A DNA stretch of 64,000 bases from Eledone cirrhosa (lineage: Eukaryota), in NCBI GenBank assembly GCA_964016885.1, contig OZ024753.1, positions 24,056,001 to 24,120,000 of the forward strand, written 5' to 3'. The translations under genes and the position numbers were made by a program. Numbering within the stretch: the stretch's first letter is position 1; each line of letters opens with the position of its first letter. This document shows, piece by piece, positions 51,801 through 63,800 of the stretch. The notes below the pieces were generated by a model. That model saw only the letters and a list, made by a program, of their open reading frames with translations. It ran no database searches and was not told the DNA's origin.

Positions 51801-54800
51801 CTGTGTTTTGTTGTATGTATTGCAATTTCTGTTGTCATGTCTATGTTGTGATGTGTGTATTGTAATATATGTTGTTATGTCTGGGTTGTGTGTATTGTAA
51901 TGTCTGTTGTTATGTCTGTGTTGTGTTGTATTTATTTTAATGTATGTTATGTATGTGTTGTATGTAATGTAATGTCTGTTGTTATGTTTGTGTTGTTGTG
52001 TATGTAGTGTAATGTCTCTTGTTATGTCTGTGTTGTGTGTATTGTAATGTCAGTTGTTATGTCTGTGTTGTGTTGTATGTACTGCAATGTCTGTTGTTAT
52101 GTCTCTGTTGTGTTGTATGTAGTGTAATGTCTGTTGTTATGTCTGTGTTGTGTGTATTGTATATATGTTGTTATGACTGTATCGTGTGTATTATAATGAC
52201 GGTTGTTATGTTTGTGTTATGTTGTGTGTATTGTAATGTCTGCTGTTATGTCTGCGTTGTGCGTATTTTAATGTCTGTTGTTATATCTGTGTTGTGTTGT
52301 GTGTATTGTATTGTCTGGTGTTATGTCTGTGTTATGTGTATTGTAATGTCTGTTGTTATGTCTGTGTTGTGTTGTGGTATGTATTGTAATGTCTGTTGTT
52401 ATGTCTCTGTTGTGTAGTGTGTATTGAAATGTCTGTTGTTATGTCTGTGTTGTGTGTATTGTAATGTCTGTGTTATGTCTGTGTTGTGTGTATTGTAATG
52501 TCTGTTGTTATGTCTGTGTTTTGTTGTGTGTATTGTAATGTCTGTTGTTATGTCTGTGTTGTGTTGCGGTGTGTATTGTAATGTCTGTTGTTATGTCTCT
52601 GTTGAGTTGTGTGTGTTGAAATATCTGTTGTTATGTCTGTGTTGTGTGTATTGTAATGGCTCTTGTAATGTCTGTTTTGTGTTGTATGTTTTGCAATTTC
52701 TGTCCTCATTTCTATTTTGTGATGTATGTATCGTAATGTCTTTTGTTATGTCTGGGGTGTGTGTATTGTAATGTCTATTGTTATGTCTCTGTTGTGTAGT
52801 GTGTATTGAAATATCTGTTGTTATGTCTGTGTTGTGTGTATTGTAATGTCTGCTGTTATGTCTGTGTTGTGTGTATTGTAATGTCTGTTGTAATGTCTGT
52901 GTTCTGTTGTGTTTTTTGTAATGTATGTTGTTATGTCTGTGTTGTATGTATTGTAATGTATGTTGTTATGTCTGTGTTGTATGTGTTGTAATGACTGTTG
53001 TTATGTCTGAGTTGTGTTGTATGTAGTGTAATGTCTCTTGTTATATGTGTTGTTTGTATTGTATTGACTGGTATTATGTCGGTGTTGTGTGCATTGTAAT
53101 AACTGTTGTTATGTCTGTGTTGTGTTGTGGTGTGTATTGTAATATCTGTTGTTATGTATCTGTTGTGTTGTGTGTGTTGAAATGTATGTTGTTATGTCTC
53201 TGTTGTGTTGAGTGTGTTGAAATGTATGTTGTTATGTCTGTGTTGTGTGTATTGTAATGGCTCTTGTTATGTCTGTGTTGTGTTGTATGTATTGCAATTT
53301 CTGTTGTCATGTCTATGTAGTGATGTGTGTATTGTAATATCTGTTGTTATGTCTGGGTTGTGTGTAATGTAATGTCTATTGTTATGTCTGTGTTGTATAT
53401 ATTGTAATGTCTGTTGTTATGTCTGTGTTGTATGTATTGTAATGTCTGTTTTCTCTTTTGTGTATTGTAATGTCAGTTGTTATGTCTGTGTTGTGTTGTA
53501 TGTATTGTAATGTCTGTTGTTATGTCTCTGTTGTGTTGTGTGTGTTGAAATGTATGTTGTTATGTCTGTGTTGTGTGTATTGTAATGGCTCTTTTTATGT
53601 CTGTGTTGTGTTGTATGTATTGCAATTTCTGTTGTCATGTCTATGTTGTGATGTGTGTATTGTAATATCTGTTGTTATGTCTGGGTTGTGTGTATTGTAA
53701 TGTCTGTTGTTATGTCTGTGTTGTGTTGTATCTATTTTAATGTATGTTGTTATGTCTGTGTTGTGTTGTATGTACTGCAATGTCTGTTGTTACGTCTCTG
53801 TTGTGTTGTATGTAGTGTAATGTCTGTTGTTATGACTGTATCGTGTGTATTGTAATGACGGTTGTTATGTTTGTGTTGTGTTGTGCGTATTTTAATGTCT
53901 GTTGTTATGTTTGTGTTATGTTGTATGTACTGTAATGTTTGTTGTTATGTCTGTGTTGTATGTATTGTAATGTCTGTTGTTATGTCTGTGTTGTGTTGTG
54001 TGTACTGTAATGTCTGTTGTTATATATGTGTTGTGTTGTATGTATTGTATTGTCTGGTGTTATGTCTGTGTTATGAGTATTGTAATGTCTGTTGTTATGT
54101 CTGTGTTGTGTTGTGGTATGTATTGTAATGTCTGTTGTTATATCTCTGTTGTGTAGTGTGTATTGAAATGTCTGTTGTTATGTCTGTGTTGTGTGTATTG
54201 TAATGTCTGCTGTTATGTCTGTGTTGTGTGTATTGTAATGTCTGTTGTTATGTCTGTGTTTTGTTGTATGTATTGTAATGTCTGTTGTTATGTCTGTGTT
54301 GTGGTGTGTATTGTAATGTCTGTTGTTATGTCTGTGTTCTGTTGTATGTATTGCAATTTCTGTTCTCATGTCTATGTTGTGATGTGTGTATTGTAATGTC
54401 TTTTGTTATGTCTGGGGTGTGTGTATTGTAATGTGTGTTGTTATATCTGTGTTGTGTTGTATCTATTTTAATGTATATGGTTATGTCTGTGTTGTGTTGT
54501 ATGTAATGTAATGTCTGTTGTTATGTCTGTGTTGTATGTAGTGCAATGTCAGTTGCTATGTCGGTGTTGTGTTGTATGTACTGTAATGTCTGTTGTTATG
54601 TCTCTGTTGTGTTGTATGTAGTGTAATGTCTGTTGTTATGTCTGTGTTGTGTGTATTGTAATGTCTGTTGTTATGACTGTATCGTGTGTATTGTAATGAC
54701 GGTTGTTATGTTTATATTGTATTGTGTGTATTGTAATGTCTGCTGTTATGTCTGCGTTGTGCGTATTTTAATGTCTGTTGTTATGTCTATGCTGTATGTA

Positions 54801-57800
54801 CTTTAATGTATATCGTTATGTCAGTGTAGTGTGTATCGTAATGTCTGTTGTTATGTTTGTGTTATGTTGTATGTACTGTAATGTATGTTGTTATGTCTGT
54901 GTTGTGTTATTGTAATGTCTGTTGTTATGTCTGTGTTGTGTTGTGTATATTGTAATGTATGTTGTTATGTCTGTGTTGTGTTGTGTGTATTGTAATGTCT
55001 GTTGTTATATGGGTTGTGTTGTGTGTATTGTATTGTCTGGTGTTATGTCTGTGTTGTGTGTATTGTAATGTCTGTTGTTATGTCTGTTTTGTTGTATGTA
55101 TTGTAATGTCTGTTGTTATGACTGTGTTGTGTTGTGGTATGTACTGTAATGTCTGTTGTTATATCTGTGTTGTATGTATTGTAATGTATGTGGTTATGTA
55201 AGTGTTGTGTTGTGTGCATTGTAATATCTGTTGTTATGTCTAAATTATGTTGTGTATATTGTAATGTCTGTTGTTATGTCTGTGTTGTGTGTATTGTAAT
55301 GACTCTTGTTATGTCTGTGTTGTGTTTTATGTATTGTAGTTTCTGTTGTCATGTCTGTGTTTTGATGTGTGTATTGTAATGTCTGTTGTTACGTCTGCGT
55401 TGTGTGTATTGTAATGTATGTTGTAATGTCTGTGTAGTGTTGTGTTTTTTGTAATGTATGTTGTTATGTCTGTGTTGTAGGTATTGTAATGTGTGTTGTT
55501 ATATCTGTGTTGTGTCTATTTTAATGTCTGTTGTTATGTCTGTGTTGTGTTTTATGTAATGTAATGTCTGTTGTTATGTCTGTGTTGTGTTGTATGTAGT
55601 GTAATGTATTTTGTTATGTCTGTGTTGTTTGTATTGTATTGACTGGTATTATGTCTGTGTTGTGTGCATTGTAACGTCTGTTGTTATGTGTGTGTTGTAT
55701 ATATGTTAATGTATATTGTTATGTCTCTGTTCTGTTGTGGGTATTGTAATGTCTGTTGTTATGTCTCTGTTGTTTAGTGTGTATTGAAATGTCTGTTGTT
55801 ATGCTGTGTTGTGTGTATTTTAATGTCTGCTGTTATGTCTGTGTTGTGTGTATTGTAATGTCTGTTGTTATGTCTGTGTTTTGTTGTATGTATTGTAATG
55901 TCTGTTGTTATGTCTGTGTTGTGTTGTGTGTATTGTATTGTCATGTGTTATGTCTGTGTTATGTGTATTGTAATATCTTTTGTTATGTCTGTGTTGTGTT
56001 GTGGTATATATTGTAATGTCTTTTGTTATGTCTCTGTTGTGTAGTGTGTATTGAAATGTCTGTTGTTATGCTGCGTTGTGTGTATTGTAATGTCTGCTGT
56101 TATGTCTGCGTTGCGTGTATTGTAATGGCTCTTGTTATGTCTGTGTTTTGTTGTATGTATCGTAATGTCTGTTGTTATGTCTGTGTTGTGTTGTGGTGTG
56201 TATTGTAATGTCTGTTGTTATGTATCTGTTGAGTTGTGTGTGTTGAAATGTCTGTTGTTATGTCTGTGTTGTGTGTATTGTAATGGCTCTAGGAATGTCT
56301 GTGTTGTGTTGTATGTATTGCAATTTCTCTTCTCACGTCTATGTTGTGATGTATGTATTGTAATGTCTTTTGTTATGTCTGGGGTGTGTGTATTGTAATG
56401 TCTATTGTTATGTCTCTGTTGTGTAGTGTGTATTGAAATGTCTGTTGTTATGTCTGTGTTGTGTGTATTGTAATTTCTGTTGTTATGTCTGTGTTCTGTT
56501 GTGTTTTTTGTAATGTATGTTGTTATGTCTGTGTTGTATGTATTGTAATGTATGTTGTTATGTCTGTGTTGTATGTGTTGTAATGACTGTTGTTATGTCT
56601 GTGTTGTGTTGTATGTAGTGTAATGTCTCTTGTTATATGTGTTGTTTGTATTGTATTGACTGGTATTATGTCGGTGTTGTGTCCATTGTAATAACTGCTG
56701 TTATGTCTGTGTTGTGTTGTGGTGTGTATTGTAATGTCTGTTGTTATGTCTCTGTTGTGTTGTGTGTGTTGAAATGTATGTTGTTATGTCTCTGCTGTGT
56801 TGAGTTTGTTGAAATGTATGTTGTTATGTCTGTGTTGTGTGTATTGTAATGGCTCTTGTTATGTCTGTGTTGTGTTGTATGTATTGCAATTTCTGTTGTC
56901 ATGTCTATGTTGTGATGTGTGTATTGTAATATCTGTTGTTATGTCTGGGTTGTGTGTATTGTAATGTCTATTGTTATTTCTGTGTTGTATGTATTGTAAT
57001 GTCTGTTGTTATGTCTGTTTTCTCTTTTGTGTATTGTAATGTCAGTTGTTATGTCTGTGTTGTGTTGTATGTATTGTAATGTCTGTTGTTATGTCTCTGT
57101 TGTGTTGTGTGTGTTGAAATGTATGTTGTTATGTCAGTGTTGTGTGTATTGTAATGGCTCTTGTTATGTCTGTGTTGTGTTGTATGTATTGCAATTTCTG
57201 TTGTCATGTCTATGTTGTGATGTGTCTATTGTAATATCTGTTGTTATGTCTGGGTTGTGTGCATTGTAATGTCTGTTGTTATGTCTGTGTTGTGTTGTAT
57301 CTATTTTAATGTATGTTGTTATGTCTGTGTTGTGTTGTATGTACTGCAATGTCTGTTGTTATGTCTCTGTTGTATTGTATGTAGTGTAATGTCTGTTGTT
57401 ATGACTGTACCGTGTGTATTGTAATGACGTTTGTTATGTTTGTGTTGTGTTGTGCGTATTTTAATGTCTGTTGTTATGTCTATGCTGTGTGTACTTTAAT
57501 GTATGTCGTTATATCTGTGTTGTGTTGTGTGTATTGTAGTGTCTGTTGTTATGTTTGTGTTATGTTGTATGTACTGTAATGTTTGTTGTTATGTCTGTGT
57601 TGTATGTATTGTAATGTCTGGTGTTATGTCTGTGTTATGAGTATTGTAATGTATGTTGTTATGTCTGTGTTGTGTTGTGGTATGTATGGCAATGTCTGTT
57701 GTTATATCTCTGTTGTGTAGTGTGTATTGAAATGTCTGTTGTTATGTCTGTGTTGTGTGTATTGTAATGGCTGCTGTTATGTCTGTGTTGTGTGTATTGT

Positions 57801-60800
57801 AATGTCTGTTGTTATGTCTGTGTTTTGTTGTATGTATTGTAATGTCTGTTGTTATGTCTGTGTTGTGGTGTGTATTGTAATGTCTGTTGTTATGTCTCTG
57901 TTGAGTTGTATGTATTGCAATTTCTGTTCTCATGTCTATGTTGTGATGTGTGTATTGTAATGTCTTTTGTTATGTCTGGGGTGTGTGTATTGTAATGTGT
58001 GTTGTTATATCTGTGTTGTGTTGTATCTATTTTAATGTATATGGTTATGTCTGTGTTGTGTTGTATGTAATGTAATGTCTGTTGTTATGTCTGTGTTGTA
58101 TGTAGTGTAATGTCTGTTGTGATGTCTGTGTTGTGTGTATTGTAATGTCAGTTGCTATGTCGGTGTTGTGTTGTATGTACTGTAATGTCTGTTGTTATGT
58201 CTCTGTTGTGTTGTATGTAGTGTAATGTCTGTTGTTATGTCTGTGTTGTGTGTATTGTAATGTCTGTTGTTATGACTGTATCGTGTGTATTGTAATGACG
58301 GTTGTTAAGTTTATATTGTATTGTGTGTATTGTAATGTCTGCTTTTATGTCTGCGTTGTGCATATTTTAATGTCTGTTGTTATGTCTATGCTGTGTGTAC
58401 TTTAATGTATATTGTTATGTCTGTGTAGTGTGTATTGTAATGTATGTTGTTATGTTTGTGTTATGTTGTATGTACTGTAATGTATGTTGTTATGTCTGTG
58501 TTGTGTGTATTGTAATGTCTGTTGTTATGTCTGTGTTGTGTTGTGTATATTGTAATGTATGTTGTTATGTCTGTGTTGTGTTGTGTGTATTGTAATGTCT
58601 GTTGTTATATGGGTTGTGTTGTGTGTATTGTATTGTCTGGTGTTATGTCTGTGTTGTGTGTATTGTAATGTCTGTTGTTATGTCTGAGTTTTGTTGTATG
58701 TATTGTAATGTCTGTGGTTATGTAAGTGTTGTGTTGTGTGCATTGTAATATCTGTTGTTATGTCTAAATTGTGTTGTGTATATTGTAATGTCTGTTGTTA
58801 TGTCTGTGTTGTGTGTATTGTAATGACTCTTGTTATGTCTGTGTTGTGTTTTATGTATTGTAGTTTCTGTTGTCATGTCTGTGTTTTTATGTGTGTATTG
58901 TAATGTCTGTTGTTATGTCTGCGTTGTGTGTATTGTAATGTATGTTGTAATGTCTGTGTAGTGTTGTGTTTTTTGTAATGTATGTTGTTATGTCTGTGTT
59001 GTATGTAGAGTAATGTATGTTGTTATGTCTGTGTTGTGTTTTATGTAATGTAATGTCTGTTGTTATCTCTGTGTTGTGTTGTATGTAGTGTAATGTATTT
59101 TGTTATGTCTGTGTTGTTTGTATTGTATTGACTGGTATTATGTCTGTGTTGTGTGCATTGTAACGTCTGTTGTTATGTGTGTGTTGTATATATGTTAATG
59201 TATATTGTTATGTCTCTGTTCTGTTGTGTGTATTGTAATGTCTGTTGTTATGTCTCTGTTGTTTAGTGTGTATTGAAATGTCTGTTGTTATGCTGTGTTG
59301 TGTGTATTTTAATGTCTGTTGTTATGTCTGTGTTGTGTGTATTGTAATGTCTGTTGTTATGTCTGTGTTGGGTTGTGGTGCGTATTGTAATGTATGTTGT
59401 TATGTCTCTGTTGTGATGTGTGTATTGTAATGTTTTTTATTATGTCTGGGGTGTGTGTATTGTAATGTCTGTTGTTATGTCTGTGTTGTGTTTTGTTTTT
59501 ATAATGTATGTTGTTATGTCTGTGTTGTATGTATTGTAAAGTCTGTTTTTATATCTGTGTTGTGTTGTATCTATTTTAATGTATGTTGTTATGTCTGTGT
59601 TGTGTTGTATGTACTGTAATGTCTGTTGTTATGTCTCTGCTGTGTTGTATGTAGTGTAGTGTCTGTTGTTATGTCTGTGTTGTGTGTATTGTAATGTGTC
59701 TGTATCGTGTGTATTGTAATGATGGTTGTTATGTTTGTGTTGTATTGTGAGTATTGTAATGTCTGCTGTTATGTCTGCGTAGTGCGTATTTTAATGTCTG
59801 TTGTTATGTCTATGCTGTGCGTACTTTAATGTATGTCGTTATATCTGCGTTGTATGTATTTTAATGTATATTGTTAAGTCTGTGTTGTGTGCATTGTAAT
59901 GTCTGTTGTTATGTTTGTGTTATGTTGTATGTACTGTAATGTAAGTTGTTATGTCTGTGTTGTGTGTATTGTAATGTCTGTTGTTATGTCTGTGTTGTGT
60001 TGTGTATATTGTAATGTATTTTGTTATGTCTTTGTTGTGTTGTGTGTATTGTATTGTCTGGTGTTATGTCTGTGTTGTGTTGTGTGTATTGTCTGGTGGT
60101 GTTATGTCTGTGTTTTTTTTGTATGTATTGTAATGTATGTTGTTATGTCTGTGTTGTGTTGTGGTATGTATTGTAATGTCTGTTGTTATGTCTCTATTGT
60201 GTAGTGTGTATTGAAATGTCTGTTGTTATGTCTGTTTTGTGTGTATTGTAATATCTGTGGTTATGTAAGTGTTGTGTTGTGTGCATTGTAATATCTGTTG
60301 TTATGTCTAAATTGTGTTGTGTATATTGTAATGTCTGTTGTTATGTCTGTGTTGTGTGTATTGTAATGACTCTTGTTATGTCTGTGTTGTGTTTTATGTA
60401 TTGTAGTTTCTGTTGTCATGTCTGTGTTTTGATGTGTGTATTGTAATGTATGTTGTTATGTCTGCGTTGTGTGTATTGTAATGTATGTTGTAATGTCTGT
60501 GTAGTGTTGTGTTTTTTGTAATGTATGTTGTTATGTCTGTGTTGTATGTATTGTAATGTATGTTGTTATATCTGTGTTGTGTCTATTTTAATGTCTGTTG
60601 TTATGTCTGTGTTGTGTTTTATGTAATGTAATGTCTGTTGTTATGTCTGTGTTGTGTTGTATGTAGTGTAATGTATTTTGTTATGTCTGTGTTGTTTGTA
60701 TTGTATTGACTGGTATTATGTCTGTGTCGTGTGCATTGTAACGTCTGTTGTTGTGTGTGTGTTGTATATATGTTAATGTATATTGTTATGTCTCTGTTCT

Positions 60801-63800
60801 GTTGTGTGTATTGTAATGTCTGTTGTTATGTCTCTGTTGTTTAGTGTGTATTGAAATGTCTGTTGTTATGCTGTGTTGTGTGTATTTTAATGTCTGCTCT
60901 TATGTCTGTGTTGTGTGTATTGTAATGTCTGTTGTTATGTCTGTGTTGTGTTGTGGTGCGTATTGTAATGTATGTTGTTATGTCTCTGTTGTGATGTGTG
61001 TATTGTAATGTTTTTTTATTATGTCTGGGGTGTGTGTATTGTAATGTCTGTTGTTATATTTGTGCTGTGTTGTATCTATTTTAATGTATGTTGTTATGTC
61101 TGTGTTGTGTTGTATGTAATGTAATGTCTGTGTTGTGTTGTATGTAGTGTAATGTCTGCTGTTATGTCTGCGTTGTGCGTATTTTAATGTCTGTTGTTAT
61201 GTCTATACTGTATCCGCTTTAATGTCTGTGTTGTGTTGTATGTATTTTAATGTCTGTTGTTAAGCTTGTGTTATGTTGTATGTACTGTAATGTATGTTGT
61301 TATGTCTGTGTTGTGTGTATTGTAATGTCTGCTGTTATGTCTGTGTTGTGTGTATTGTAATGTCTGTTGTTATGTCTGTGTTTTTTTGTATGTATTGTAA
61401 TGTCTGTTGTTATGTCTGTGTTGTGTTGTGGTGCGTATTGTAATGTCTGTTGTTATGTCTCTGTTGTGATGTGTGTATTGTAATGTCTTTTGTTATGTCT
61501 GGGGTGTGTGTATTGTAATGTCTGTTGTTATGTCTGTGTTGTATTTTGTTTTTTGTAATGTATGTTGTTATGTCTGTGTTGTATATATTGTAATGTCTGT
61601 TGTTATATTTGTGTTGTGTTGTATCTATTTTAATGCATGTTGTTATGTCTGTGTTGTGTTGTATGTAATGTAATGACTGTGTTGTGTTGTATGTAGTGTA
61701 ATATCTGTTGTTATGTCTGTGTTGTGTGTATTGTAATGTCAGTTGTTATGTAAGCGTTGTGATGTATGTACTGTAATGTCTGTTGTTATGTCTCTGTTGT
61801 GTTCTATGTAGTGTAATGTCTGTTGTTATGTCTGTGTTGTGTGTATTGTAATGTCTGTTTTTTATGACTTTATCGTGTGTATTGTAATGACGGTTGTTAT
61901 GTTTGTGTTGTATTGTGAGTATTGTAATGTCTGCTGTTACGTCTGCGTTGTGCGTATTTTAATGTCTGTTGTTATGTCAATGCTGTGCGTATTTTAATGT
62001 ATGTCGTTATGTCTGTGTTGTATGTATTTTAATGTATATTGTTATGTCTGTGTTGTGTGCATTGTAATGTCTGTTGTTATGTTTGTGGTATGTTGTATGT
62101 ACTGTAATGTATGTTGTTATGTCTGTGTTGTGTGTATTGTAATGTATGTTGTTATGTCTGTGTTGTGTGTATGTAATGTCTGTGGTTATGTAAGTGTTGT
62201 GTTGTGTGCATTGTAATGTCTGTTGTTATGTCTAAATTGTGTTGTGTATATTGTAATGTCTGTTGTTACGTCTGTGTTGTGTTGTGTGTATTGTAATGTC
62301 TACTGTTATATGGGTTGTGTTGTGTGTATTGTATTGTCTGGTGTTATGTCTCTGTTGTGTAGTGTGTATTGAAATGTCTGTTGTTATGTCTGAGTTGTGT
62401 GTATTGTAATGTCTGTGGTTATGTAAGTGTTGTGTTGTGTACATTGTAATGTCTGTTGTTATATCTAAATTGTGTTGTGTATATTGTAATGTATGTTGTT
62501 ATGTCTGTGTTGTGTGTATTGTAATGACTCTTGTTATGTCTGTGTTGTGTTTTATGTATTGTAATTTCTGTTGTCATGTCTGTGTTTTATGTATTGTAAT
62601 GTCTGTTGTTATGTCTGTATTGTATGTATTGTAATGTGTGTTGTTATATCTGTGTTGTGTCTATTTTAATGTCTGTGTTGTGTGTATTGTAATGGCTCTT
62701 GTTATGTCTGTGTTTTGTTGTATGTATTGCAATTTCTGTTGTCATGTCTATGTTGTTGTGTGTATTGTAATATATGTTGTTATGTCTGTGTTGTATGTAT
62801 TGTAATGTATGTTGTTATATCTGTGTTGTGTCTATTTTAATGTCTGTTGTTATGTCTGTGTTGTGTTTTATGTAATGTAATATCTGTTGTTATGTCTGTG
62901 TTGTGTTGTATGTAGTGTAATATATTTTCTAATGTCTGTGTTGTTTGTATTGTATTGACTGGTATTATGTCTGTGTTGTGTGCATTGTAACGTCTGTTGT
63001 TATGTGTGTGTTGTATATATGTTAATGTATATTGTTATGTCTCTGTTCTGTTGTGTGTATTGTAATGTCTGTTGTTATGTCTCTGTTGTTTAGTGTGTAT
63101 TGAAATGTCTGTTGTTATGCTGTGTTGTGTGTATTTTAATGTCTGCTCTTATGTCTGTGTTGTGTGTATTGTAATGTCTGTTGTTATGTCTGTGTTGTGT
63201 TGTGGTGCGTATTGTAATGTATGTTGTTATGTCTCTGTTGTGATGTGTGTATTGTAATGTTTTTTATTATGTCTGGGGTGTGTGTATTGTAATGTCTGTT
63301 GTTAGGTCTGTGTTGTGTTTTATTTTTTGTAAAGTATGTTGTTATGTCTGTGTTGTATGTATTGTAATGTCTGTTGTTATATTTGTGTTGGTTGTATCTA
63401 TTTTAATGTATGTTGTTATGTATGTGTTGTGTTGTATGTAATGTAATGTCTGTGTTGTGTTGTATGTAGTGTAATGTCTGCTGTTATGTCTGCGTTGTGC
63501 GTATTTTAATATCTGTTGTTATGTCTATACTGTATCCGCTTTAATGTCTGTGTTGTGTTGTATGTATTTTAATGTCTGTTGTTATGCTTGTGTTATGTTG
63601 TATGTACTGTAATGTCTGTTGTTATGTCTGTGTTGTGTGTATTGTGATGTCTTTTGTTATGTCTGTGTTTTGTTGTATGTATTGTAATGTCTGTTGTTAT
63701 GTCTGTGTTGTGTTGTGGTGCGTATTGTAATGTCTGTTGTTATGTCTCTGTTGTGATGTGTGTATTGTAATGTCTTTTGTTATGTCTGGGGTGTGTGTAT

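Noticed and set aside
667-62444. His/Thr/Asn/Gln-rich minus-strand ORFs resembling histidine-rich or mucin-like proteins
   Set aside because: They are the reverse complement of the same satellite (ACA/CAC/AAC codons). Monomer lengths are mostly not multiples of 3, so no frame is preserved.
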